This document shows positions 53,789 to 63,483 of a stretch of DNA of 64,000 nt, piece after piece (within the stretch, counting starts at the first letter, position 1; every line of letters begins with the position of its first letter). The notes below the pieces were generated by a model. The model searched no databases. It was not told the DNA's origin and saw only the letters and a list, made by a program, of their open reading frames with translations. Position numbers and translations under genes: made by a program. Source of the stretch: Synergistaceae bacterium (lineage in GTDB: Bacteria; Synergistota; Synergistia; Synergistales; Aminobacteriaceae); contig JAFSWW010000080.1 of NCBI GenBank assembly GCA_017444345.1, forward strand, positions 20,570-84,569, given 5' to 3'.

Positions 53789-55172
53789 GGGTCAAATCTG
53801 CTCCGAATAATTTTGCGGCATCAGGCATCATTGAAGTCAACGCAAATAAAATTACATGATCCCCCGCTAAAATCTTTGTCGCTCCGGTCGGGACTAATAC
53901 ATCATCACCGCGTCCGAGTAAGGCAACTATAACGCCCTTCTGTAAACGCAGCTCCATTAAACTTTTGCCGATTAAATCATTATCTTCTTTCATTACGACT
54001 TCTAACATTTCAGCGTTAATTTTTTCTATCATTGAATATGCTAGAGTATGACGCGGATAACGTACGACTCTTAATAACAAATTTGCAAGTGCTTCGTTAG
54101 GGTCAACAATAGCGTCAACTTTCATAGATTGAGTTAAATCCTGATAATCTTTGCGCTTTACTATCGCAATAGTTTTTTTCGCGCCCATGTTCTTAGCTAT
54201 GACTGAATAAATTAAATTAAGTTCGTCCGAGTCAGTCGCACAAACATAACCGTCAGCCGATTCGATTCCTTCTTCAGTGAGACTCTTTTTATCTGCACCG
54301 TCGCAATTTATTACAAGAGCCTCCCCGAATTCTTCAGAAAGTTTTTCACATCTCGCAGGATCTCTATCAACTAAACGCAGACTCACATTTCCGAAATCTC
54401 GTCTAACTCGCTGGGCGATTTGAGTTCCCAGTTTGCCGCCTCCAACGATAAATAATTTTTTTAACGGCCGGGATTTTTCCGGATCTGGCTGGAATAACCC
54501 CTGCAAAGTATCAGCACTCTTCTTATAAGTAACTACATAACATGTATCGCCTGCATTCAAAATAGTAAAGCCGTTGGGAACTCCTGCTTCTCCATTTTCA
54601 CGAGTAATATATACGAATACCGCTATTAATTCCGGAAATTTTGGGCGAATATCCTTCAGTGCCATATTTACGAGCGGGGAATTTTCCGAAATTTTTAGAG
54701 TGTATAGAGCTGCCCTGCCGTCTAATAATTCAGCAGTATGAGTCGCCGAACTCACGGCCAAGAGTCCTATTACCTCGCGAGCTATTGACCTTTCTGGAGA
54801 AATCATCATGTCGATTCCTAATTTTTTGCCCCAGTCAGGCGAGTCTGTGAACTCTAAATTTCTTGCGCGTGAAATGACTTTGGGAACTCCGGCACTTTTT
54901 GCGATCCAGCAAGCTAACATATTTACTTCGTCGCGGTTAGTGCAAGCGATTAACATATCGACATCTCCACCGGGAATTACTCCTGCCTGTGCTAAAACTT
55001 GAGGGCGGGCACCGTTCCCCCTTATGACTTGTACGTCAAGTTCTTCGGCATTTTTCGCGTTAGTCTCGTTATTGTCGACTAAATAAATATCATGCTCTTC
55101 GTTCTCATCGCTTGAAAGATTTCTAGCAACATTGCGGCCTATTTCTCCGGCTCCTACAATAACAATTTTCAT
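53778..55172 (-). CDS. trkA: Trk system NAD-binding subunit (two RCK_N/RCK_C repeats)
   Basis: It contains MKIVIVGAGEIGRNVA and a second GGGKLGTQIA motif, about 460 aa in total. Confidence 0.9.
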   Translation of the reverse strand: MKIVIVGAGEIGRNVARNLSSDENEEHDIYLVDNNETNAKNAEELDVQVIRGNGARPQVLAQAGVIPGGDVDMLIACTNRDEVNMLACWIAKSAGVPKVISRARNLEFTDSPDWGKKLGIDMMISPERSIAREVIGLLAVSSATHTAELLDGRAALYTLKISENSPLVNMALKDIRPKFPELIAVFVYITRENGEAGVPNGFTILNAGDTCYVVTYKKSADTLQGLFQPDPEKSRPLKKLFIVGGGKLGTQIAQRVRRDFGNVSLRLVDRDPARCEKLSEEFGEALVINCDGADKKSLTEEGIESADGYVCATDSDELNLIYSVIAKNMGAKKTIAIVKRKDYQDLTQSMKVDAIVDPNEALANLLLRVVRYPRHTLAYSMIEKINAEMLEVVMKEDNDLIGKSLMELRLQKGVIVALLGRGDDVLVPTGATKILAGDHVILFALTSMMPDAAKLFGADLTHED

Positions 55173-55912
55173 GATTTACGCTCCCACTTACACAAAAAAT
55201 TTGCGCTAGGTTTCTTTACGCCCTCACGTAAAATTTTATAGGCGAATAAATTTTTTTGTGAATCTAATTTTGCGATTTGAATCGTAATATTTTCGCCGAG
55301 TTTTGCCCCGCTCCTGAATGATGCCGATAAATTTTTAAGCTCATAATTCATTAAGTCAATCGGGGTCGAGTCAAATATCCATCCGAAATAAACGGCGTTA
55401 TTAACATGTGAGTTATAATCTAAATCGTGAAAAGTTACCTGCTTTGTGAATGTCTTAATAATTTGCGAGTCGTCAAAGTCCGGAATCTCTCGAAAATTTG
55501 AATCTATTTCCGGCGTATCATTCGTAATTATTTCAGGAAGATGTGCGGCTGCTTTTACTGCCCGGCCTGCTGCTAAGTCTAATAAAATCCAGCTGGTTTT
55601 TGCATAAATTATTAATTTGCCATTATCTGACTCGACCTGAAAGACTCTCAGAGTATTATAACCGTGCGAGGGGTCATGATAAGTCTTGATATAAAATTTT
55701 TCGTCTAAAACTGGGAGTCTCTCTATAAAATCAATCTCATAACGAGTCAAGACCCATGAATATCCCCGCGCGTTAAGTTCTGTTGCTGTTCCCTCTATGT
55801 CATCAACAGCGAGCCCGGCCGTGTCCTGAAAGTGATCAAGCAAATTTTTCAGCTTTATCGAGCCTATACAGGACGAGTCAGAAGGCATTACCTTAATTTC
55901 TCGTGAATACAT
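55169..55912 (-). CDS. Acyl-ACP thioesterase family protein
   Basis: Its double hot-dog size (247 aa) and segments (LLDHFQDTAG, YNSHVNNAVYFGW) resemble FatA/B-like bacterial thioesterases. Confidence 0.6.
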   Translation of the reverse strand: MYSREIKVMPSDSSCIGSIKLKNLLDHFQDTAGLAVDDIEGTATELNARGYSWVLTRYEIDFIERLPVLDEKFYIKTYHDPSHGYNTLRVFQVESDNGKLIIYAKTSWILLDLAAGRAVKAAAHLPEIITNDTPEIDSNFREIPDFDDSQIIKTFTKQVTFHDLDYNSHVNNAVYFGWIFDSTPIDLMNYELKNLSASFRSGAKLGENITIQIAKLDSQKNLFAYKILREGVKKPSANFLCKWERKS

Positions 55913-55995
55913 GAAAATATATTAATCCTTTCAAATTAAATTAAACATGTAAATTTTTCATGTATTGTAACAGGCAATCAAGGAAAATAAAAAAT

Positions 55996-57216
55996 TTATT
56001 CTGCTCTAAGTGCTACAATGGGATCTAAATTTGAAGCCTTCCATGCCGACCAGAATCCGAATAAGACTCCGACAAATGCAGAGAACCCCGCAGCAACTAT
56101 TATTGCATTGATTGATATAATAATCGGCCAGTTTAAAAAATGTCCTATAGCGTTAGATACTCCAACACCGCCCGCGATTCCTATTGCACCGCCTAAGAGT
56201 GAAAGCACTACAGCCTCCGTTAAAAATTGCGCTCTAACATTTGAAGGCCTTGCACCTACTGCCATTCTTATGCCGATCTCGCGAGTCCTCTCAGTTACTG
56301 ACACAAGCATTATATTCATTATTCCGATTCCGCCGACTAATAACGAAATTGAAGCCACCGAGCCTAAAAGAGTACTCATTATATTAGCCGTATTCGTTGC
56401 ATTTTCCTGTACTTCCGTTAAATCTCTAATTTGGAAATCGTCGGGCATTCCTTCTGATAATCTGTGCCGCTGCCTTAAAATCGAAATTATTTCGTTCTGA
56501 GCTGCTTCAAGTGAGTCTTTGTCCCTTGCCTGTACGTTAACGCGCCTTACATTGTCGACTCTAGGGCCTGAACGTGATAATCTTCTTTGTACAGTTGTAA
56601 CAGGAGCTAAAATAAAATCGTCTTGATCCTGCCCCCATGCATTTGCGCCCTTCTTTGTAGTCAAGCCCACGACTTTAAATGGGATACTGCGAATTCTTAC
56701 TGTTTCACCGACCGGGCTTGAATATCCAAATAATTCTTTTGCTACAGTCGGACCGATTACACATACTTTTGCCGCGCTTTTTACGTCTTGATCCGTGAAG
56801 ATTTCTCCCTCTGCAATTGACCAGTTTCTAACCTCTAAAATATCCTGTGTACTGCCCATTATACTAGTGTTCCAGTTTGAATTACCGTAAATAATTTGTC
56901 CGCTTGAATTAACTTCGGGAGCTGTCCGAGAAATCGCAAAACCTTCATTAGCAAGTGCATAAGAATCCGCGAGCGTTAAAGAATTCCCCGAACCTGCCGC
57001 ACCCCTTGCGCCCGTCGTATTAGGCGGAGCAGGAAATACCATTATTAAATTTTGTCCGAAACCTGCTACAAACTGTTCAACTTGCTGTGCCGAGCCTTGT
57101 CCTATAGCTACCATTGTGATAACTGCTCCGACACCGATAATAATTCCCAGCATTGTAAGAAGTGAGCGAGTCCTATTTCCTAATAATGACAATAAAGCAG
57201 TCTTCAAGATTTCCAT
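55996..57216 (-). CDS. MacB/FtsX-family ABC transporter permease
   Basis: It has the N-terminal MacB_PCD layout (RTRSLLTMLGIIIGVGAVI) and a C-terminal FtsX domain (GGIGIMNIMLVSVTERTREIGIRMAVGA). Confidence 0.8.
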   Translation of the reverse strand: MEILKTALLSLLGNRTRSLLTMLGIIIGVGAVITMVAIGQGSAQQVEQFVAGFGQNLIMVFPAPPNTTGARGAAGSGNSLTLADSYALANEGFAISRTAPEVNSSGQIIYGNSNWNTSIMGSTQDILEVRNWSIAEGEIFTDQDVKSAAKVCVIGPTVAKELFGYSSPVGETVRIRSIPFKVVGLTTKKGANAWGQDQDDFILAPVTTVQRRLSRSGPRVDNVRRVNVQARDKDSLEAAQNEIISILRQRHRLSEGMPDDFQIRDLTEVQENATNTANIMSTLLGSVASISLLVGGIGIMNIMLVSVTERTREIGIRMAVGARPSNVRAQFLTEAVVLSLLGGAIGIAGGVGVSNAIGHFLNWPIIISINAIIVAAGFSAFVGVLFGFWSAWKASNLDPIVALRAE

Positions 57217-57376
57217 GATTAAATAATTTCACTTCCTGATAAATAATAAATAAATAAAAATTTTCTAGCTATTATAAATCACTGTTCATGTAAATTTTAC
57301 GGAAAAATTTTTTTATTTGCTATAATAATCGCGATTTCAGACAAGAAATTTATTTTATGAAGGAGGAAATTTTTTA

Positions 57377-57910
57377 ATGGAACCTGTTTATAAGTATTAC
57401 AAATCGGCGTGGAAGAGCTTTTATAAAACGTGGCTGCTCATGTTATTAATTCTTGTTGCTGCGTGTGCACTGTCATTGTATACCCCGTTGAAAGAACACT
57501 CAAAATGGTTGTGGATAATCGTAGCAGTTATTGAAGTCTGCTTATTCTTATGTATGGCAGTTAAGCGCAAGACAATGCAGTTAATTTTACGCGATAATCC
57601 CGACAAGCCCGAAGATCAAGAAGTCGCATTTATCATGTATAACCCGTTCAAGCCGTTCAGCTCGGATTTTAACAAGTCTGTAGAAATAGGCCTGTCAGAA
57701 ATTAAGCATATTGAAGTCGGTCAAACAATGATGCAGACGATTTTAGGAGTCGGCGATTTGATTGTTACTTCAGCAGGAACGGGCGGAGAAGAAATTATCG
57801 CGAAAAATATTCCTCATCCTAAGACAGTACGCGATGAGATTCAAGTTCACGCACGCAAATATAAGAAGCCTAACCCTACGCAAATTATCGTGGAACAACC
57901 GCAGCAATAA
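57377..57910 (+). CDS. Membrane-anchored bacterial PH-domain (bPH_2/YdbS-like) protein
   Basis: It has two N-terminal TM helices followed by IEVGQTMMQTILGVGDLIVTSAG. Confidence 0.55.
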   Translation: MEPVYKYYKSAWKSFYKTWLLMLLILVAACALSLYTPLKEHSKWLWIIVAVIEVCLFLCMAVKRKTMQLILRDNPDKPEDQEVAFIMYNPFKPFSSDFNKSVEIGLSEIKHIEVGQTMMQTILGVGDLIVTSAGTGGEEIIAKNIPHPKTVRDEIQVHARKYKKPNPTQIIVEQPQQ

Positions 57911-57944
57911 TAAAATTTTCAGGGAGTCAAAGCGGCTCCCATTT

Positions 57945-59783
57945 TTATTTATTCAAGCATGATTTAAGAATTCTCATCATTTCGAGGCTCTTAAACGGTT
58001 TCGGCAAGTAATCATCAAATCCGTATGAAATATATTCAGCCCGTGCATTTGTCCCTGAGTTAGCAGTTAAAGCTATAAATTTTGTCGTCTTATCAGTATA
58101 ATTTTTTGCGTGCTTTAGAGTCTCTATTCCGTCCATGCCTGGCATTTTGTGATCAAGAAATACTACATCATAGTGTTTAGCTTTTATCATGTCGAGTGCA
58201 TTTTCTCCGCTCTCTGAAGTGTCAATATTTGCCTTAGAATCTTTTAACATTCCTTTAGCGACTACTAAATTTACGGGGGTATCATCGACAACTAAAATAT
58301 TTGCGTTCGGCCAGACTTCAGGGCTGGAGTCCTCGTTTTCCTGTTTCTGTTTATTAGCGTTCAAATATGCCTCGTATTTATTAATCGTGAACTCTTCACC
58401 GGACGAAATTTTTTGCGGAATTGTCATAATAAATTCTGTTCCCTCACCGTAAACGCTTTTGAGTTCGATAATGCCGCTCATAATTTCTACAATGTTGCGA
58501 ACGAGATTCAGGCCAAGCCCAGCCCCGGGAATATGCCGAGTCTCGATTATATTAGCGCGCTCAAAGGGTTCGAAAATATTTTGTGATTCCTCGTCTCTCA
58601 TGCCGATTCCAGTATCTTTTATTGAGAATACAAGTTTTATATTATTTGCGATTCTCTCACCTGATACAGTTAAAATTATTTGTCCTTTCTCCGTGTACTT
58701 GGCCGAGTTGTCAAGTAAATTTATTAGTGCCTGCTTAAGCCTTAATGAATCCCCGTATAAATGCTCGCTTAAATCTTTATCGACATTCAATATAAATTTT
58801 AGCGCGGGTTTATTCTTGATTCGTTCAGTTGTATAAATTTCGCACTCCTTTAATAAATCCCATAAATGATAATCATTATCAAATAGTTCCATCTTCCCGG
58901 CCTCTATCTTGGAAATGTCTAAAATATTATTCACGAGATTTAATAAATATTCCCCTGATCTCTTAACGTCAAGAGCTGCATTTCTTGTCTCTGAGTCCGT
59001 TGTCTCGTTAAGAATCATTTCATTAATTCCTAAAATTGCATTCATGGGCGTTCTAATTTCGTGTGAAGTGCTTGCGAGAAAATTACTTTTTGCCCTGTTC
59101 GCAATAGTCGCTTTCTTGATTGAGTATTCTGTCCTGATTCTAGCGTCTTCAGTCTCTTGTTTAGCGATAATTAACTGTTTATAAGTCGGTGCCTCAAGAT
59201 AAAAAAATGTAAAGAATAACATAAACGCCGCAATTGAATACACTAATGGGAAGTCTTGATTAAATAAATATTGAATCAAAAACGCGTCAATTAATAACAA
59301 GAATAATAAATTCATGACGAGAAACTGCCCATTGCCGTAATATTTCTGATAGATGAGCTGCAAAATAAAGCCCTCAAGTGCGAACACTACAGCAAAGCCC
59401 GGACAAAAGAAAGTATAAAGTTTCTCATCAGGCGATAAAGCAAATAACATGAAGACACTTACACATAGCATGAAAAAATTTGTGTGAGTAAAATTTTGCT
59501 TTAGAGTTCTAGTATAAGCCGCGATATAACACATTAAGCAATAAGCATTAATATTTACAAGTGAGTAAAAAAATTTGTGCGCTAAAGGACTTGCATCAAA
59601 AGCCGGGAAGAGTTCAAGAGAAGTCTCAAACACTGCCGATATAAAAGTTGACAACACAAGCAGCATAAAACGCCGGTTTATTTCATTAGTAGTAGAGAGC
59701 CGGCCAGCAAGAAAAGCCGTCAAGACAGCAAGAAATGGCAGCATTGTAATTTCTATGAACGTGTAATTAATTTCTGCAATCAT
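57945..59783 (-). CDS. Hybrid sensor histidine kinase / response regulator
   Basis: It has an N-terminal sensor of about 6 TM, HisKA (STSHEIRTPMNAILG), HATPase_c (DTGIGM, GAGLGL) and a C-terminal REC domain (VVDDTP...DHKMPGMDG). Confidence 0.9.
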   Translation of the reverse strand: MIAEINYTFIEITMLPFLAVLTAFLAGRLSTTNEINRRFMLLVLSTFISAVFETSLELFPAFDASPLAHKFFYSLVNINAYCLMCYIAAYTRTLKQNFTHTNFFMLCVSVFMLFALSPDEKLYTFFCPGFAVVFALEGFILQLIYQKYYGNGQFLVMNLLFLLLIDAFLIQYLFNQDFPLVYSIAAFMLFFTFFYLEAPTYKQLIIAKQETEDARIRTEYSIKKATIANRAKSNFLASTSHEIRTPMNAILGINEMILNETTDSETRNAALDVKRSGEYLLNLVNNILDISKIEAGKMELFDNDYHLWDLLKECEIYTTERIKNKPALKFILNVDKDLSEHLYGDSLRLKQALINLLDNSAKYTEKGQIILTVSGERIANNIKLVFSIKDTGIGMRDEESQNIFEPFERANIIETRHIPGAGLGLNLVRNIVEIMSGIIELKSVYGEGTEFIMTIPQKISSGEEFTINKYEAYLNANKQKQENEDSSPEVWPNANILVVDDTPVNLVVAKGMLKDSKANIDTSESGENALDMIKAKHYDVVFLDHKMPGMDGIETLKHAKNYTDKTTKFIALTANSGTNARAEYISYGFDDYLPKPFKSLEMMRILKSCLNK

Positions 59784-59901
59784 AATTTCATGAAGGACTC
59801 CTTATATAATTTGCGCTGTTCATAGTATAGCATTATAAAATTTTTCAGCATGATATAATTTCAGCAGCTATTAACATTACACAAAGGGAAGGCCTGACAA
59901 A

Positions 59902-61323
59902 ATGCTATTCTTTAACTTTGACATAGAGAGACACCTAGACAGAAAATTAACCCCTCTTAATGTGTGGTCGCTTGCATTCGGCTGTGTTATAGGTTGGAGC
60001 GCGTATGTTATGCCCGGAACAATTTTTTTAAAGAATGCCGGCCCGATTGGCACATTAATAGCTATGGAGCTTGCGACATTCACAATGCTTGTTATCTCAT
60101 ATAATTACAGCTACATGATAAAAAAATTTCCTATGACTGGCGGAGAATTCATTTACGCAAAAATGGCATTCGGCGAGAAACACGGATTTATTTGCGCGTG
60201 GTTCCTGAGTCTGTCATATTTAGCTGTTATTCCGTTAAATGCTACGGCTTTGAATTTGATAACTCGTGCAGTATTCGGCGATTTATTTCAATTTGGATTT
60301 CACTATACAATAGCGGGCTATGATATTTATTTCGGTGAAATGTTAATGGCTGTATCTGCATTAATAATATTTGGAGTAATTGACTCTTTCGGAGTAAATT
60401 TCACCGGGAGACTGCAAACAATTCTAGTATTTATCTTGCTGGGCGGGATTTTATTTGTCTTAGGCGGAACAATTTTCAGTCCTAAAGTAGAATCCGCAAA
60501 TATTCAGCCTATGTTCCACCCGATTGACGCAAATTTTTCCAAGGGGATAATCTCGCAAATTATAGCAGTCGCAGTAACAGCCCCGATGTCGTTTATAGGA
60601 TTTGACACAGTGCCTCAAATGATGGAAGAGTCAAATTTTTCACCTGACAGCACAAAAATTGTCATGGATACTAGTATTATTTGCGGAGGATTCGTATATA
60701 TCGCGTTGACTTTCTTAGCATGTTCGATATTTCCGGCTGTCTATAATTCTTGGCCTGAATACGTGAATAATATCGGAAATCTCAGCGGCGTTCAAGCATT
60801 CCCGACTTTAAATGCAGCGTCTATGATAATGGGCAGGACGGGATTATTTTTCATAGTTGCGTCAGTATTTGCGGCGATGTTCACGGGGATAATAGGCTTT
60901 TATATAGCAACGAGCAGATTATTATACTCAATGGCACGCGATAAAATGATTCCTAAATGGTTCGGCCATCTCAATAGAAATAACGTCCCGACTAATGCGG
61001 CGATATTTTGCATGACAGCGGCGGGGACTGCTTCACTTTTAGGGCGGGCGATTCTCGGCTGGATTTTCGACATGGCATCAATCGGGGGCGCGATAGGTTT
61101 TGCGTATACTTCAATATCTGCGTGTAAATATGCCTTTCACGAACATAGAATCGACATAATAATATTTGGCTCGCTGGGATTCTTTTTCTCGGTATGCTTT
61201 GCGTTATTATTATTGCTGCCTATTCCGGGTCTTAATGTCTCGATCGGCAAAGAGTCTTACACGCTATTAATTTTATGGACGATTCTGGGAATAACTTTTT
61301 ACACTCGGAGCAAGAAAAAATAA
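59902..61323 (+). CDS. APC-superfamily amino acid permease
   Basis: It has about 12 TM segments and an APC-like N-terminal motif (LAFGCVIGWSAYVMPG). Confidence 0.8.
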   Translation: MLFFNFDIERHLDRKLTPLNVWSLAFGCVIGWSAYVMPGTIFLKNAGPIGTLIAMELATFTMLVISYNYSYMIKKFPMTGGEFIYAKMAFGEKHGFICAWFLSLSYLAVIPLNATALNLITRAVFGDLFQFGFHYTIAGYDIYFGEMLMAVSALIIFGVIDSFGVNFTGRLQTILVFILLGGILFVLGGTIFSPKVESANIQPMFHPIDANFSKGIISQIIAVAVTAPMSFIGFDTVPQMMEESNFSPDSTKIVMDTSIICGGFVYIALTFLACSIFPAVYNSWPEYVNNIGNLSGVQAFPTLNAASMIMGRTGLFFIVASVFAAMFTGIIGFYIATSRLLYSMARDKMIPKWFGHLNRNNVPTNAAIFCMTAAGTASLLGRAILGWIFDMASIGGAIGFAYTSISACKYAFHEHRIDIIIFGSLGFFFSVCFALLLLLPIPGLNVSIGKESYTLLILWTILGITFYTRSKKK

Positions 61324-61331
61324 AGCGCAAA

Positions 61332-61739
61332 TTATTTCACATAATCGGCATTTACAAGATTGCAGAACATATCTTCACCGTCTTTGTAACGCTCAAATCG
61401 TCCTGTTACTGTAATTTTGTCGCCCTTTTTCGGGTAATCCTGAGGATATTTGTATGAGTCCTTAAGCACAAAGTCAAAGCCTATACTGCAACATGCAGCC
61501 GCGTCAGTTATGATAACAGCAAAAAAATATCTGCCTGTATCCTGCTCGTGAACATAATCAAATGAGCCGCTGACTTTGATAATTTTCCCTGTATAAGCCT
61601 CAGGATTTGACAAAATATTAAAGACTCCCGAATAAAGCATTACATCACTAAATTTCGTTAAGTCAATATCAATTTTTCCTGCCGCAAATGAACTAGACGC
61701 AAATAATAATATAATAATCATACATAAAAATTTTTTCAT
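61332..61739 (-). CDS. Exported small protein, unknown function, with a CC motif
   Basis: It has a signal peptide (MKKFLCMIIILLFASSSFAAG) and a beta-rich ~115-aa domain containing AAACCSIGFDF. Confidence 0.4.
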   Translation of the reverse strand: MKKFLCMIIILLFASSSFAAGKIDIDLTKFSDVMLYSGVFNILSNPEAYTGKIIKVSGSFDYVHEQDTGRYFFAVIITDAAACCSIGFDFVLKDSYKYPQDYPKKGDKITVTGRFERYKDGEDMFCNLVNADYVK

Positions 61740-61847
61740 GAATTAAGCACCTCCGATAAATTTTTTATAAATAAAGCACGAGTCGGCAATAAATAATTTT
61801 TTCTGTAATAATCACATGTGTTGACAAGTTTTATATTTTGCCAGCAA

Positions 61848-61964
61848 GTATAAATTTTTCATGACATAACCCGCGCAATAATAACCGCGTTCAATCTCTA
61901 TATATTTCACAAAATTTTTTGTCAGTAAATATAAATTTTTCATGACATTACCCCGCGCAATTAA
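61848..61964. repeat. Direct repeat of about 35 nt (two copies) upstream of the metal ABC operon
   Basis: gtataaatttttcatgacataacccgcgcaataa (from about 61848) recurs as atataaatttttcatgacattaccccgcgcaattaa (from about 61928). Confidence 0.6.
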
Positions 61965-61993
61965 ATAAATATTTCGCAAAATTTCTCATGTAA

Positions 61994-62860
61994 TTAACGC
62001 CCGCTATATAAAATTTTTCCGGCAATATAGCATATCCCAAACGCTAAAATATCAGCAATTACTATTGTCGAGCCCACAGGAGTCCCCGCTAAAACAGAAA
62101 TTATTATCCCTATGGCCGCACATATAACTGAAATAATCACCGAGAATATAATAACCGCGCGAAAACTTTTAAATATTCTCATGGCAGATAACGCAGGAAA
62201 TACTATCAAAGCTGAAACGAGCAGAGAGCCCGCCAATTTCATAGCAAGGACTATGACAGCAGCCGACATCACAATCGTTAATAAATTGCATAATTGAGTG
62301 TTCACGCCTGAAGATGCCGCAAAATCTTCGTCAAAAGTTACCGCAAAAATTTTGTTATAAAATAATATAAAAGCTAAGACTACAGAAATTGACAATACAG
62401 CACACAGCCAAACTTCTTTAACAGTGAGAGTCAAAATCGACACAGAACCGAATAAAGTCGTGCAGACATCGCCCGAAAGATTTGACGACGACGAAAATAT
62501 ATTCATGAGCATATAACCCCCTGCGAGTGAACCAGCAGAGAGCATAGCAACAGCCGCATCGCCTTTGATAGAAGCATTTGCCCCCGTCCTCAAAAGCATG
62601 ACAGCACATAAAATCGTTACTACAAGAACTACAGGCATATTAAAGCCTATATTCATAGCAGCAGCCGCAGCCAGTGCACCAAAAGCCGCATGTGAAAGTC
62701 CATCGCCTATAAATGAAAATCGCTTTAACACGAGAGTAACTCCCAATAATGACGCACAAATTGAAATCATTATCCCCATGATAAAAGCATATCTCACAAA
62801 TGGGAACTGCCAATAAAGTATAAATTTCTCTATCAAGTTTTCTATTAAATTTTCTAGCAT
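61994..62860 (-). CDS. Metal (Zn/Mn-type) ABC transporter permease, ABC-3 family
   Basis: It is polytopic and ZnuB/TroCD-like (FVRYAFIMGIMISICASLLG, DGLSHAAFG). Confidence 0.85.
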   Translation of the reverse strand: MLENLIENLIEKFILYWQFPFVRYAFIMGIMISICASLLGVTLVLKRFSFIGDGLSHAAFGALAAAAAMNIGFNMPVVLVVTILCAVMLLRTGANASIKGDAAVAMLSAGSLAGGYMLMNIFSSSSNLSGDVCTTLFGSVSILTLTVKEVWLCAVLSISVVLAFILFYNKIFAVTFDEDFAASSGVNTQLCNLLTIVMSAAVIVLAMKLAGSLLVSALIVFPALSAMRIFKSFRAVIIFSVIISVICAAIGIIISVLAGTPVGSTIVIADILAFGICYIAGKILYSGR

Positions 62861-63483
62861 GATTTATCGAGCCTCAATAAATTTTTTGCATATTTCGCGG
62901 CCTTGTCTATATCATGAGAGATCATAATAATAGCAATTTTCTTATCGCGATTTAATTCATTCAGCAATAAATACATTTCTGAAGCTGACTCAGGGTCAAG
63001 ACCTGTTATAGGCTCATCGAGTATTAAAACTTTTTGAGCTGCACACAAAGCACGCGCTAATAGGACTCTTTGCTGCTGACCTCCTGATAATTCGCGGTAA
63101 CATTTGAACTCTAAATCTGAAATCTTCATTTTTTGCATGATCTCAAATGCCGCTATTTTCTCGCGTTTATTATAGAATGGCCGGAGCCCGCACCTTCCTT
63201 GAAAGCCTGATAATACAATTTCACGAACTGAAGCAGGGAAGTCCTTTTGTGATTCTTTTTGCTGGGGAAGATAGCCGATCTCGTTTTTCTTGAGTCCATC
63301 AGTAAAAATTATTCTGCCGCTTAAGGGTTTATTGAGTCCGAGAATAGTTTTTATAAGAGTGCTTTTGCCTGAACCGTTCTCGCCCATAATACATAAATAA
63401 TCGCCTGATTTAACACAAAAATTTAGATTCTTTATGATTACTCGATTGTCCCAGCCTATTGACAAATTTTCACAAGTTATCAT
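62854..63483 (-). CDS. Metal ABC transporter ATP-binding protein
   Basis: It has Walker A GENGSGKST, the signature LSGGQQQR and Walker B LILDEP. Confidence 0.85.
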   Translation of the reverse strand: MITCENLSIGWDNRVIIKNLNFCVKSGDYLCIMGENGSGKSTLIKTILGLNKPLSGRIIFTDGLKKNEIGYLPQQKESQKDFPASVREIVLSGFQGRCGLRPFYNKREKIAAFEIMQKMKISDLEFKCYRELSGGQQQRVLLARALCAAQKVLILDEPITGLDPESASEMYLLLNELNRDKKIAIIMISHDIDKAAKYAKNLLRLDKSC

